Of a stretch of 47,229 bases of DNA, positions 27,177-36,052 are shown piece by piece (the stretch's first letter is position 1; every line of letters starts with the position of its first letter). The notes under the pieces were generated by a model. The model had not been told where the DNA came from. It did not search any database and was given only the letters and a program-made list of their open reading frames with translations. Position numbers and translations under genes: made by a program. Location of the stretch: IMG/VR virus record IMGVR_UViG_3300020569_000004, positions 1 through 47,229 of that record. One strand, 5' to 3'. The stretch is from a virus. Taxonomy: Duplodnaviria; Caudoviricetes.

Positions 27177-27436
27177 TTTGCCCCTCGCTCTGCTCTGATA
27201 AAACGAGCAGCCTCTTTCTGAATAGCGATCAACAAAGAGATTGTCAATGGAAGGCCAGCCGCTTTGACGACGGGGGCGATGTATCTTGAAACGGCGGGGG
27301 CGACAAGATCCCACTGCCTGGGGTTTATGTCATTAAAATCAGAGTGCCGACTTGCTTTGATGTCTCGTTCGCCTACTCCAATGCGAACAATCTCAATAAC
27401 TCGGTCGTCAACAAATTGGCGGTAACTAAGTGGCAT
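27173..27436 (-). CDS. Hypothetical protein
   Basis: 87 aa; FNDI....WD motif. Confidence 0.6.
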   Translation of the reverse strand: MPLSYRQFVDDRVIEIVRIGVGERDIKASRHSDFNDINPRQWDLVAPAVSRYIAPVVKAAGLPLTISLLIAIQKEAARFIRAERGAK

Positions 27437-27479
27437 AATGAAACAGAAGAGAATGTGTGTGCGGGGGGAAAATTACAGT

Positions 27480-27659
27480 TTACTCGAAGTCTTCAAAACC
27501 CTCCGAATCTCTCAGGCTGCTGATTTCATCAAGGAAATCCTCGCTGTAAAAACCAGGATCGACAAAGATTGAATCCACCGCATGATCTGCCATGCAGTCA
27601 CTATCCAGCCATGGAAACAAAGCAGACTCTTGAGCGAGCTGTTCAAGATCGACAGACAT
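27480..27659 (-). CDS. Very acidic 59-aa protein
   Basis: Not in the ORF track; MSVDLEQLAQESALFPWLDSDCMADHAVDSIFVDPGFYSEDFLDEISSLRDSEGFEDFE. Confidence 0.55.
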   Translation of the reverse strand: MSVDLEQLAQESALFPWLDSDCMADHAVDSIFVDPGFYSEDFLDEISSLRDSEGFEDFE

Positions 27660-27706
27660 GATGGAAAATCAAAAGAAGTATGTGCAAGAAAAAAGAGAAA
27701 GAAGAA

Positions 27707-27886
27707 TCAATCGTAGTAGGGCATGACATACCTCTCGTTGTAAAGATCGCAGGCATGTCTTTCTTCGTTCGAGATTTCTTCAACCCCGCCCCATCCCCAA
27801 TCACCATCTTCGTCGGCCTCGTCTGGCTCGCTTTCGGCCATGGAATCGAGATAGTCTGCGTTGCGTTGATCGTCGTAAATGCTCAT
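27707..27886 (-). CDS. Very acidic 59-aa protein
   Basis: Not in the ORF track; MSIYDDQRNADYLDSMAESEPDEADEDGDWGWGGVEEISNEERHACDLYNERYVMPYYD. Confidence 0.6.
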   Translation of the reverse strand: MSIYDDQRNADYLDSMAESEPDEADEDGDWGWGGVEEISNEERHACDLYNERYVMPYYD

Positions 27887-27907
27887 GATTTTGAAGAAGG
27901 AAAAGGA

Positions 27908-28405
27908 TCAGTAGTAGCCAGGGGTAAACTCAGCGATGCTCGACTTCAAGGAGCTGATCTGCTTTTCCAGCTCGGCAATCTTGTCACGAGCAGCCGTGAT
28001 TTCCTCCACGGTGTAATCACAACGACGCTTGATGAATTCACGAGATTCCTCTGTCATCAAACCAGTGCTGCGATCGAAGCACGCAACGAAGAATTCCACC
28101 TTGCAGTAATTAACTGACACGTCAGACGTTCTGTAAGTGTCTTGGACATTGAAATAAACAGAGCCGAAAGAGGAAACCTCGAACCAGCAATGAAACCCCC
28201 TGCCCCTTACTTCTTCCATTATCAGCTCCACTGCTTTAAGAACGGAAGCGGACAAAGAGCCACCTGTAAACTTGTAAATCTTCTTGCCGACAAACCGGCT
28301 GAAGACTTCTTGAAGCTGAAGCCGGAACTTTTCAGCTTCTGCATTCAGCCGATTACGGCAATCGACTTGATTCTGCAGAATCTGCAAACGAGAGAATTGA
28401 GCCAC
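27908..28405 (-). CDS. Hypothetical protein
   Basis: TAGATC-GTG start after cassette P5; 165 aa. Confidence 0.7.
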   Translation of the reverse strand: MAQFSRLQILQNQVDCRNRLNAEAEKFRLQLQEVFSRFVGKKIYKFTGGSLSASVLKAVELIMEEVRGRGFHCWFEVSSFGSVYFNVQDTYRTSDVSVNYCKVEFFVACFDRSTGLMTEESREFIKRRCDYTVEEITAARDKIAELEKQISSLKSSIAEFTPGYY

Positions 28406-28429
28406 GATCTAAAAGAAAGAAGTGAACAA

Positions 28430-28499
28430 AGAGTGACAGAGCTTGCCCCATCACTCCTTAATTGTACCACACGGACAGTGCCGTGTCAAGTACAGATAA
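28430..28499 (-). promoter_or_regulatory. Early promoter-stem-loop cassette P5
   Basis: TTGACA (28489-28484), 17 bp, TACAAT (28466-28461); hairpin GAGTGATGGGG-CAAG-CTCTGTCACTC. Confidence 0.9.
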
Positions 28500-28512
28500 A
28501 ACCAACTTTATC

Positions 28513-29289
28513 TTATTCCGCCCCCAACTCAATTTCTTGCTCAGCAAACTTCAGCAACTTCTGCCGCACTTTCTTGAAAAACCCCCTGAAAACTCGCTTG
28601 AGCATTGTCACGTCACCACGCTGGCAATCTCGCTGCATGATTGCAAAAATAAACTGTGGATTGCTATAGCCTGCAATGGTGGCAGCGTAAACAAGAAAAC
28701 TACCATGGATGTAAGTTTCCTTCAGGTGAGAGTAAACGTGATCCATATCATCTCGATCTCGCTGCTCACTTTTGGTTTGTGAGTAAATCTTGCAAAGTAA
28801 ACAATCTCCAGCGTCGGGCAACGGAAGCCCCTCTTTGATTGATTGATCACAGAACTTCTTGATGTAGTCGGTGATCATCTGATCCAGCTTCCGCCCCACC
28901 TCAATTCCATCAAGAGAAGCCTCAGCAGAATTAAGCACTCGCCCCGACTGATCAACAGTCATTCCATCAAAGAACTGCACAACTTCTTCTCGCCCATCAA
29001 CCTGCTGATGGACGTACCAAACGCCACGCTTCTGAAAGATTCGCAGGGGCGTGAAAGAATTGATGCGTTCTTTTGTCGTAGAAGTCATCCAGCCGTCAGT
29101 GTTAACGGTAAAGAAGGTTTGACTGCTCTCTTCTTTGATCTTCACAATGTCAGTATCGTGAAGACGAATGACGAAAGCATCGTCTTTCTTGGCAAGATAA
29201 GTGTTGTTGGCGAGCTTTTTCTTGTCAAAGCCACGCTTTTGTTGCGCGGCTAGAACTTCTTGAGCGTGGTCAAAAGTAAAAACAGTCAT
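28513..29289 (-). CDS. Conserved phage hypothetical protein
   Basis: 258 aa; NNTYL..IRLH.TDIV..GW.TSTTKERIN...IFQK...WYV..FFDGM and P.AGDCL.C motifs. Confidence 0.75.
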   Translation of the reverse strand: MTVFTFDHAQEVLAAQQKRGFDKKKLANNTYLAKKDDAFVIRLHDTDIVKIKEESSQTFFTVNTDGWMTSTTKERINSFTPLRIFQKRGVWYVHQQVDGREEVVQFFDGMTVDQSGRVLNSAEASLDGIEVGRKLDQMITDYIKKFCDQSIKEGLPLPDAGDCLLCKIYSQTKSEQRDRDDMDHVYSHLKETYIHGSFLVYAATIAGYSNPQFIFAIMQRDCQRGDVTMLKRVFRGFFKKVRQKLLKFAEQEIELGAE

Positions 29290-29321
29290 TGATCTAAGTG
29301 AAAATGAAACAGAGAAGTGAA

Positions 29322-29801
29322 TTAACCGAGATGCCTGCGCTTCAGAAGTCTGTCGTACAAAACAACATTAACCGAAGCTGCAAGATTCATGCAGTGATTT
29401 GTTGGAACGTAAACAATGTCACGACAGCGATCTGTTATTTTGCGCCCCAGGCTTGAGTCTTCGGGGCCGAAAATATAGAAAGCTCGCTCGGGGTGAACAT
29501 AATCGCAAAGAGACCTTGCGCCCTCAATGAGATCAACCGCAACGGGGACGGCATCATAAGGAATGACACCAAACAGATCATCTGTCTGCAAAGTTGGAAT
29601 ATGCCTCCAGGCTTTTGTGACATCCGAATGCTGCCTTTTCATCCTTGTGCCAGAAATAGCAACAAGAGAAGCGTCGTAACAATGAGCCGCTCTAAGAACT
29701 CCACCAAAATTGATCGAGTTCTTTGGGGCGAAAAGACCAATAGAAGCATAACCTCTTGGCTTGGTAAAAGAAGAAGCGGTCTGAAGAAGAGTTGCTGTCA
29801 T
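29322..29801 (-). CDS. SpoU/TrmH-family (SPOUT) RNA methyltransferase
   Basis: PKNSINFGGVLRAA (motif 1), YIFGPED (motif 2), VP...CMNLAASVNVVLYD (motif 3). Confidence 0.85.
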   Translation of the reverse strand: MTATLLQTASSFTKPRGYASIGLFAPKNSINFGGVLRAAHCYDASLVAISGTRMKRQHSDVTKAWRHIPTLQTDDLFGVIPYDAVPVAVDLIEGARSLCDYVHPERAFYIFGPEDSSLGRKITDRCRDIVYVPTNHCMNLAASVNVVLYDRLLKRRHLG

Positions 29802-30010
29802 TGTCTTGATTCCCAGAAGCGACCGCAAGGGCCGCACATTTTGCTATGCGTGTAAGCTCTTTCCACCGAGCAGAATCTTTTCTCTTGCTGGCCAGAGATT
29901 GGGCTAACTGGCCCACTCTGCGGCCTTAGGCAGCGATCAAGACTCTCGATGCGACAAGAAGACATCGTGAAGGGCTCATGCCACTTGCAGTCAATGCAAA
30001 GCTTGCTCAT
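29798..30010 (-). CDS. Small Cys-rich hypothetical protein
   Basis: KLC.DCKW..C..SPISG...FC..ER....CG..GRFWE. Confidence 0.65.
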   Translation of the reverse strand: MSKLCIDCKWHEPFTMSSCRIESLDRCLRPQSGPVSPISGQQEKRFCSVERAYTHSKMCGPCGRFWESRQ

Positions 30011-30366
30011 TCGGAATACTTCTCAACAACGTCAGGAAAAGCTTCCATGATCCTCTTTGCATTTTGAGGATCTGCGGCAATCAGAGCATCAGCGAGCTTG
30101 CTAACAAAATTGCCGCCATACTTGCGCATGTTCTCGACAAGCTCAAACTTGTCAACAGTCTTACACGGAGTTTCTTCACCGATCTCGAAAAGACCAACAG
30201 AGTTGCCGTTGAAGTCTCGAACAACAAAAGAATCACCAACAGAGGGCTGAGATTCTTCAATGCGAGAAGCAAGCTCTCGATAGATTCGAGCAAGCTCCTG
30301 CGAGCGATTTGAGCGGCCATCAAATACATCGTTGTCGAGATTGATGTCCAGTTGTGCAATAGCCAT
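30007..30366 (-). CDS. Hypothetical two-domain protein
   Basis: I.LDN..F / RDFNGN.VG N-domain and M.KYGG.FV..LA....ADP.N..RI..AFP C-domain. Confidence 0.7.
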   Translation of the reverse strand: MAIAQLDINLDNDVFDGRSNRSQELARIYRELASRIEESQPSVGDSFVVRDFNGNSVGLFEIGEETPCKTVDKFELVENMRKYGGNFVSKLADALIAADPQNAKRIMEAFPDVVEKYSE

Positions 30367-30372
30367 GACAAA

Positions 30373-30678
30373 TTAGTAGTTGGTGTACGGAGAGGAGGGT
30401 GCAATGAGTTGCAACTTTTCTTGAAACTCTCTCGTGTAAGAGAACTTCTGAACTTCAACACGAACAAGATCAGGCCTGTCGTGTTGCAACTGCAATGCTT
30501 TCTGCAAAGCAATTTGTGCAGTTGACTCAAGAATGGAGAAAGAGTGAAGAATCCTGCCCTGGCGATCTCTGCGAATGTAGCGCCAGTCAGTCCCGTTAGC
30601 AGAAAAAGCGTCTCGACGGATTTCCGTAACACGCTTTTCTGTTTGCACCGTGAAGCTGTTGACAGAGGAAAGATCCAT
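30373..30678 (-). CDS. Hypothetical protein
   Basis: 101-aa ORF. Confidence 0.6.
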   Translation of the reverse strand: MDLSSVNSFTVQTEKRVTEIRRDAFSANGTDWRYIRRDRQGRILHSFSILESTAQIALQKALQLQHDRPDLVRVEVQKFSYTREFQEKLQLIAPSSPYTNY

Positions 30679-30698
30679 AATTACAAAAATGAAACAAA

Positions 30699-30986
30699 CT
30701 AAAAACCACAGCCTTCTTCAGTGAAGAACTCAAACAACCACTTCTCAAGCTCTCGAAGAGAAAAGCAACTACGTGCTTCTTTCTCGATATGAGTGTGATA
30801 GTAAATGCTGCTACATGAGTGAAAGCAAGCAATCCAGCAATGATTTTCGTAAACAAAGAAACTTTTTGGCTTGTGATTAACAGTCCACCAAGTTTCGTCT
30901 ACACCACCTTCTTTTGCGATGTTTGACGACATGAAGTCGTCGTAACCAACCTCCTTGCGAGTCAGCTGAAAAGCTGAAAAGCTCAT
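30699..30986 (-). CDS. Hypothetical protein
   Basis: First gene after cassette P6. Confidence 0.6.
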   Translation of the reverse strand: MSFSAFQLTRKEVGYDDFMSSNIAKEGGVDETWWTVNHKPKSFFVYENHCWIACFHSCSSIYYHTHIEKEARSCFSLRELEKWLFEFFTEEGCGF

Positions 30987-31001
30987 AAACTTACAGCGAT
31001 A

Positions 31002-31071
31002 AAAGTGACAGGGCTTGCCCCACCACTCTTTAAGTATAACACACTCAGCAGGTGCTGTCAAGCACAAATAA
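31002..31071 (-). promoter_or_regulatory. Early promoter-stem-loop cassette P6
   Basis: TTGACA (31061-31056), 17 bp, TATACT (31038-31033); hairpin AGTGGTGGGG-CAAG-CCCTGTCACT. Confidence 0.9.
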
Positions 31072-31085
31072 AAGCAGTTGCAAAG

Positions 31086-31337
31086 TTATTTAAGTCGGGG
31101 AATGCTATCCCCACAATTATCGCAAAAAAGATACGGGGACGAAACATTGTCCGCGTCCTCAACAATCTCCCAGTGATCGTTCAAAGCAAGCTTTCGCTGA
31201 TTCATACAACAGCAGCGAGCGCAGATAGCAAATCCACCCTTCGTAGAGAGATACCTGCTTCTGCCTTTGCCGGGATTTAGCTCATAAAACCTCTTTGTGA
31301 TTTGTGCAATTCGCAGAGATGTGCTTTTACTTGTCAT
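31086..31337 (-). CDS. Small Zn-finger-like protein
   Basis: ICARC ... CDNC pairs. Confidence 0.6.
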   Translation of the reverse strand: MTSKSTSLRIAQITKRFYELNPGKGRSRYLSTKGGFAICARCCCMNQRKLALNDHWEIVEDADNVSSPYLFCDNCGDSIPRLK

Positions 31338-31353
31338 GCCTTAAGTCAGTCCG

Positions 31354-31677
31354 TCAGCGCCAAACACGAACATTGGCCAATGGATGCTCAGTACAAGCTT
31401 TTAGGTAACTGCAGCAAAAATTGTAAAAACTCTCCCAGTCGCCCCAGCCATTAGGAGGACTATCCTGCTCGCATGCACGACGCTGCATGGCAAGAAATAC
31501 AATACCCTTTGCAATTGGCTCAATTAGCTGATGGGCAGTTGTAATACCAATCTCTTCGGGGCGCCACAAAGCTTCGTAAACGCCAGCAGTGCTAGCCATT
31601 TTATTCAGGTTGTGAGTAATGTTTCTGGTGTAAAGACAAACACCGTTTTCGTCTTCAAGATAAACGTCAAGGCTCAT
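31354..31677 (-). CDS. Conserved phage hypothetical protein
   Basis: MSLDVYL..NITHNL.KMA..AG.YEALWRPEE..PPNGWG motif. Confidence 0.8.
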   Translation of the reverse strand: MSLDVYLEDENGVCLYTRNITHNLNKMASTAGVYEALWRPEEIGITTAHQLIEPIAKGIVFLAMQRRACEQDSPPNGWGDWESFYNFCCSYLKACTEHPLANVRVWR

Positions 31678-31863
31678 GGCTGAATAGTTGATGGTTCAAT
31701 GGTTAGACTCTCGATTCTCGCCCCTGTCAAAATCTCCCTGGGGGCGGCAAAAGCCCGAATCGGGGAAAGACTCGGGCCAAGGGAAACAAAGGGCTCAGGG
31801 GCGATTCTGGCTGGGCTCAGAGGCTTTCGAGGAAGAAGGGGGTGGGGGCGACAACAGGGATCG

Positions 31864-32304
31864 TCACCATTCGCCAAAGCAATCCTCACTCCCTTCACGT
31901 CCATCAATTTCATCGGGAAAGCCATACTTCAAAGCGGTTGCCTTGTAGAGCGGCAATCCATACATTGCGTAGTTGTCTGAGTCCCAATCCTCAAGTCCTT
32001 CCTCAAGGACCCAGTTCCACATTCTTACGCATTCAAACATGAATTGCGAGCTAATTCCGCGTCTATCCAGCGCTTTCTCAAAAGCAAAGGCAACATCTTC
32101 CTTGAGCTGAGCCAGAACATTTTCCCTGGTAAATGGCAGCACTTCTCGCACCGCCCTGCCTATATTGCCTTGAGTCTCGCCTAGATACTCAAGCCCAAGA
32201 AGATGCAATTGATCACTGGGGACAAAAGCCGCCAGCCTCATAAGGTCCCTGTTATCAAGGGTTTGAGACTTGTAAGCGGAAATAACCTGTTCAAGAGTTT
32301 TCAT
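31864..32304 (-). CDS. Conserved phage hypothetical protein
   Basis: QL..DV.F.FEKAL..RGISS..M..V..W.WVLE..YA.YGLPL.KATA.KYGF. Confidence 0.75.
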   Translation of the reverse strand: MKTLEQVISAYKSQTLDNRDLMRLAAFVPSDQLHLLGLEYLGETQGNIGRAVREVLPFTRENVLAQLKEDVAFAFEKALDRRGISSQFMFECVRMWNWVLEEGLEDWDSDNYAMYGLPLYKATALKYGFPDEIDGREGSEDCFGEW

Positions 32305-32325
32305 GGAAGCAGAAAATGAATTGTT

Positions 32326-32553
32326 TTAGGTGTTGCCGGAAGAACCGTCTCGGGGCGGGGAAGCGTGAAACTTAATCGTCAGCTCAGTTCTGAGTTCAGC
32401 GATCTCATCCTGCAGCTTGTCCCACGCCAGCAAGTTATCTTCTTTGTGCCCAGGGTATCGCTCTTTGATAAGTGATACAATCTTTGGCCCATAAGTGTGA
32501 AAGAACGTCAGGCTCATTAAGATGATCTGACGCTGGCGCTTAGTTAGTGACAC
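32326..32553 (-). CDS. Hypothetical protein
   Basis: GTG start overlapping the upstream stop. Confidence 0.45.
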   Translation of the reverse strand: MSLTKRQRQIILMSLTFFHTYGPKIVSLIKERYPGHKEDNLLAWDKLQDEIAELRTELTIKFHASPPRDGSSGNT

Positions 32554-33199
32554 AGAGTTTTCTCTCCTGCCTTGCTCTGAGGTACTCAAAGATGTCTAGG
32601 GCACGAATGGATTCTGCGGGGGCGGAACTGTAAATCAATTCGTCCAGAGCGCCGCCCTCACAGATCCGGTCAAGTGCTTGATCCTCCAAGAGCACACTGC
32701 TCCCATAATTCAGATACTCAAAGTATGCCCGAAGAGCGCACAGTATCTGATTGTGATCCCAATCTTCTACTCGCCCCCACTCAGAAACGTCGGGCGAATA
32801 GTAACTGATGAATCCAGAACGACTGGTAAACATCTCTTTCGCCATCATCTTTAACCACTCGCCCCTCACGGCTCGAATGACTTTTGCAAGTGACTTGCGA
32901 GAGATGGACGCAAAGATTCTGTCTGTCGTGAAATTGTATTCCCTAGGGGAACTCAGCCCATCAAACTCAAGCTCAAGTTCCGTCAGCTCTGAAATAGCTT
33001 CAACGTAGGATTTTGCATACTTTTTGTAAAGCTCTCCGCGATCCACGTGTTTCCAGTAGTGCTCGTAAAGAGAACCATGCACTTCTCCATCATCAAAGCT
33101 GAACATCTGCTCTTCTTGATTGTCGATAGCCTCGTCGTGAGAGCTATTGTAGAAACCAGAGAAGGGGAGAACGCAAAGAAATAGCTGTTTTTTGGACAT
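32540..33199 (-). CDS. Conserved phage hypothetical protein
   Basis: PFSGFY.S, LSSPREYNFTTDRIF and FTSRSGFISYY motifs. Confidence 0.8.
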   Translation of the reverse strand: MSKKQLFLCVLPFSGFYNSSHDEAIDNQEEQMFSFDDGEVHGSLYEHYWKHVDRGELYKKYAKSYVEAISELTELELEFDGLSSPREYNFTTDRIFASISRKSLAKVIRAVRGEWLKMMAKEMFTSRSGFISYYSPDVSEWGRVEDWDHNQILCALRAYFEYLNYGSSVLLEDQALDRICEGGALDELIYSSAPAESIRALDIFEYLRARQERKLCVTN

Positions 33200-33228
33200 G
33201 ATAAATCTGAAATGAAGAAAGTTTGCAA

Positions 33229-33573
33229 TCAGCGGATCTTGCTACCAGATCGAATCTTCTTCCAGTTCTCGCAAGACGGATCTTCCAGCTCAAGCCAGGT
33301 ATCAATAGCGGCTGCAAGATCAGGCTCGTGCCCGTGATCTTTGTCGTTCAGTTCTCTGTAAAGGGCATCGGCAACATCCTTAGGAATAGGATTTACTTTG
33401 TACTCTTGCCCAGTCTCAGTCCCTTGCCACTTGCTTTCGTATGTTAGAACTGCGTAGTACAATGGCTCCGACAGCGTTTCGTTATCGAAGAACTCAATAT
33501 CATACCCAGTTGAAGTGCATTCGCTGGGGTCGTAAGTGCGGAAATGAAAGATGGGGCGAAGAGAAGAAGTCAT
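33229..33573 (-). CDS. Hypothetical protein
   Basis: 114 aa; SKWQG motif. Confidence 0.6.
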   Translation of the reverse strand: MTSSLRPIFHFRTYDPSECTSTGYDIEFFDNETLSEPLYYAVLTYESKWQGTETGQEYKVNPIPKDVADALYRELNDKDHGHEPDLAAAIDTWLELEDPSCENWKKIRSGSKIR

Positions 33574-33614
33574 TTGTTTTTTGATTGAAATGAATTAGTT
33601 AGACGCGGGGGCAT

Positions 33615-33893
33615 TCATGACTTCCCATAGGCGATGCGGTCAAACACCCAAGAGTTGTTAGCCAAGACGTCGGTGTAGGGCGTGGGGTTGTGGTCACGGT
33701 TCCAGATAACGTCGGTGATCGTCGTGCCGTCTGCATCGACATGGGAGACGTCGAGAAGTGTGACATCGACTTCCTTGAGAGTAATTGTCTGGAATGCCCC
33801 GAGGTTGTGAGCGTTAACTATGTCGTAACTAAGCTCAGCGCCGTCTGCGGGGCGGTAACTATAGCCAAAGGCGAGGATAGAGGGGTGGTTCAT
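33615..33893 (-). CDS. Hypothetical protein
   Basis: TGATG-coupled ORF. Confidence 0.6.
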   Translation of the reverse strand: MNHPSILAFGYSYRPADGAELSYDIVNAHNLGAFQTITLKEVDVTLLDVSHVDADGTTITDVIWNRDHNPTPYTDVLANNSWVFDRIAYGKS

Positions 33894-34093
33894 CAGTCAT
33901 CACCGGCAGCAGCCGGGGTGAAAGGAAAGGGGCGGTCTTCATCGGTCAGGACGCGGTAGCTCTTGAAAGCTGAGGTTTCTTGTATCAGCTCGGAGAGCTT
34001 TTCAGAGAGGTAGGCGAAGTCGGAGTCGCGTTCTTGACTGGAGGAATCAGGGTGAAAATCGAGCTTGACGTAGATGGGTTTAGGAGTGCTCAT
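33893..34093 (-). CDS. Hypothetical protein
   Basis: ATGA-coupled ORF. Confidence 0.6.
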   Translation of the reverse strand: MSTPKPIYVKLDFHPDSSSQERDSDFAYLSEKLSELIQETSAFKSYRVLTDEDRPFPFTPAAAGDD

Positions 34094-34329
34094 TGGGAAT
34101 CACCGGCGTCAGCCGGGGCAAAGGTTTGAGACTTAATTGAATCCCACTTTTGCTGCGCTCGATCAATCAACTCGTAAATCTGCCACGGCTCAAGATCCAT
34201 GGAAATAGCAATTGAGTCAACAATCTTCGTGCCGTCACGCTGCAAAAGATCAAATGCCCCCACTGCTTCGATCTCGGAGATTAAACGCGGGAATTGGATG
34301 GAGTCGTTTAACCAGTTTTCTTGGCTCAT
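34090..34329 (-). CDS. Conserved phage hypothetical protein
   Basis: W.NDSIQFPRLISEI..SMDL...I.ELIDRAQ..WD motif; first gene after cassette P7. Confidence 0.7.
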   Translation of the reverse strand: MSQENWLNDSIQFPRLISEIEAVGAFDLLQRDGTKIVDSIAISMDLEPWQIYELIDRAQQKWDSIKSQTFAPADAGDSQ

Positions 34330-34378
34330 GGATAACTGTCGGCAAAAGCCGGTGCGAAAAAAATGAATTGAAGCAAAC

Positions 34379-34444
34379 ATGACAGAGCTTGTCTGTCACC
34401 TCTCAATTGTAACACATTGACAGCACGCTGTCAAGTGCAAATAA
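34379..34444 (-). promoter_or_regulatory. Early promoter-stem-loop cassette P7
   Basis: TTGACA (34434-34429), 17 bp, TACAAT (34411-34406); hairpin GTGACAGA-CAAGC-TCTGTCAT. Confidence 0.9.
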
Positions 34445-34463
34445 AGCCGTTGAGTGCTTTAAG

Positions 34464-34712
34464 TCAGTACGGAAGCACCCAGCCAAAAAACTGAACGCCA
34501 AGGCGAAAAATCCTGATTACAATCAAAACTGGCCAGAGTGCAGCAACAATGGCACAGCCAAGTCGCTCCCAGGGAGCTTCTTCGTAAAACATACCCTGCG
34601 TGCTGGCATAAAACGAACAAACCGCAGGCATCGCACAGGCTGAAAGCGCAATGTAAAGGCAGAAGAAAACTTGTCGAGAGAGCAGAAAAGAAGGAAGAGA
34701 AATACAGGTCAT
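34464..34712 (-). CDS. Small membrane protein
   Basis: Two hydrophobic segments, AALWPV motif; ATGA-coupled. Confidence 0.5.
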   Translation of the reverse strand: MTCISLPSFLLSRQVFFCLYIALSACAMPAVCSFYASTQGMFYEEAPWERLGCAIVAALWPVLIVIRIFRLGVQFFGWVLPY

Positions 34713-35224
34713 GGTTGGAGGGCAACAAGATAAGCGAAAACAGCCAAAAGCGCCAAGCTGAGTATCCAGGGGATGAAAGAGGTCGCCGGAAGACTAAAGC
34801 TAGGATTATCAAACCCCTCTTCCCGTTTGCCGGCGACAGAAAGAGATTCAAATCTTTTTATACATGATTCACGCTGTCCTGTTAGATATAGATAATCGTG
34901 GATGAGTGATTTTTCGTGATCGTTTAACTCTTCTTCGTTTTCGGACAAATACAACTTGGCATAACGCATAGCGTTTCTTTTCTTGCTTTTCAGTCGATCT
35001 TCAATTTTTTTATTCCAGTCTCCCCACTGAAAGACTAAATCACCTGAATTTCTTGAAATAAACTCAATAATTTCTACTGGGGTATGACTGTTGCAGGCAA
35101 GTGCAGTCATAACAGACCTGCTTCTTCTTGGATACTTGTCCATGAATAAATCAATTATATGCTGTTTCTCTGTTGCCCAAAGCGCACCTGAAAACTGAAG
35201 ATCGCCGCCGAAATCGCAATACAT
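34709..35224 (-). CDS. Hypothetical protein with C-terminal TM helix
   Basis: 171 aa; ALACNSHTP.E motif. Confidence 0.5.
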   Translation of the reverse strand: MYCDFGGDLQFSGALWATEKQHIIDLFMDKYPRRSRSVMTALACNSHTPVEIIEFISRNSGDLVFQWGDWNKKIEDRLKSKKRNAMRYAKLYLSENEEELNDHEKSLIHDYLYLTGQRESCIKRFESLSVAGKREEGFDNPSFSLPATSFIPWILSLALLAVFAYLVALQP

Positions 35225-35411
35225 TTTGCTGTGCTGAATAAAGAGAAATAAAAGTTACTTTCTAGCTGAAAGCAAGACATAAAGCAATGCGAAAACCTTA
35301 GGGGAAAACAAGAAAGAAGGAAGAAAGGCAGCGCAAACAAGCTGTGCGGGAAGAAATGCCTTAGCCATTGTGATAAAAGTGAGTAGAAGAGGTTGAAAGA
35401 TCAAGCTGCAG

Positions 35412-36002
35412 TCAAGTAAGCAGACGAGCTAGTGCAGCTTGCCTGAGTTCTCGCTGGATGGCAGAAGCCGGACGAGGCCGCGACACAGGTAGCGTGAAAC
35501 GTGCCACGGCGCAGATCGAGGGGAAGCGCTCGTTGAGTGTTACCTCAGGAAAAGTAATGAGTTCGTCCCATGGGATTAGGACGGTTACGCTATTCATGGG
35601 TCCGATAGTGGCGTGCATGTATTCAAGAACTTCCCGAGGCAGGGATACCGGCGGGAGACTTCGCTGATTACGAGACGCAAGACAGATCACAACTCCGTTG
35701 ATGCCTTTTTGGAGTTGGAGTCGCCAGGAGTAGGTCGCAGTGATGGCTGTCTTGACAGGCAGCTCAGACAGCGGGTCTTCTCCAGTGTCCACTACATGCT
35801 GGAAGTAGGATTTCCAGGCTTCGTCGTGTTCATCCAGGGTAGGGATGTCGTTGAAGTCGATGTCCTCGTGATCGCCATCACCATAGCGATCGACGGTGTA
35901 ACCGTTGTCGGTGTCGGAAGTCCAATAATTAGCCAGGTGCCAGCCGACTGGGCAGCCCCGCTCGCCGCAGCTCCAGGGTGTGGATTGGTAGATGTCGCAC
36001 AT
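35412..36002 (-). CDS. Hypothetical protein
   Basis: 196-aa ORF, more GC-rich than its neighbours. Confidence 0.65.
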   Translation of the reverse strand: MCDIYQSTPWSCGERGCPVGWHLANYWTSDTDNGYTVDRYGDGDHEDIDFNDIPTLDEHDEAWKSYFQHVVDTGEDPLSELPVKTAITATYSWRLQLQKGINGVVICLASRNQRSLPPVSLPREVLEYMHATIGPMNSVTVLIPWDELITFPEVTLNERFPSICAVARFTLPVSRPRPASAIQRELRQAALARLLT

Positions 36003-36052
36003 CGCTCACACCTCACGGGCGGCGTCAGCGCTGGCGAACTGTGCAGTGCAGG

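Noticed and set aside
19812-29300. Spliceosomal 3' splice sites (polypyrimidine + YAG before ATG)
   Set aside because: Gene content, sigma70 promoters and coupled ORFs are bacteriophage-type; the resemblance is treated as coincidental.
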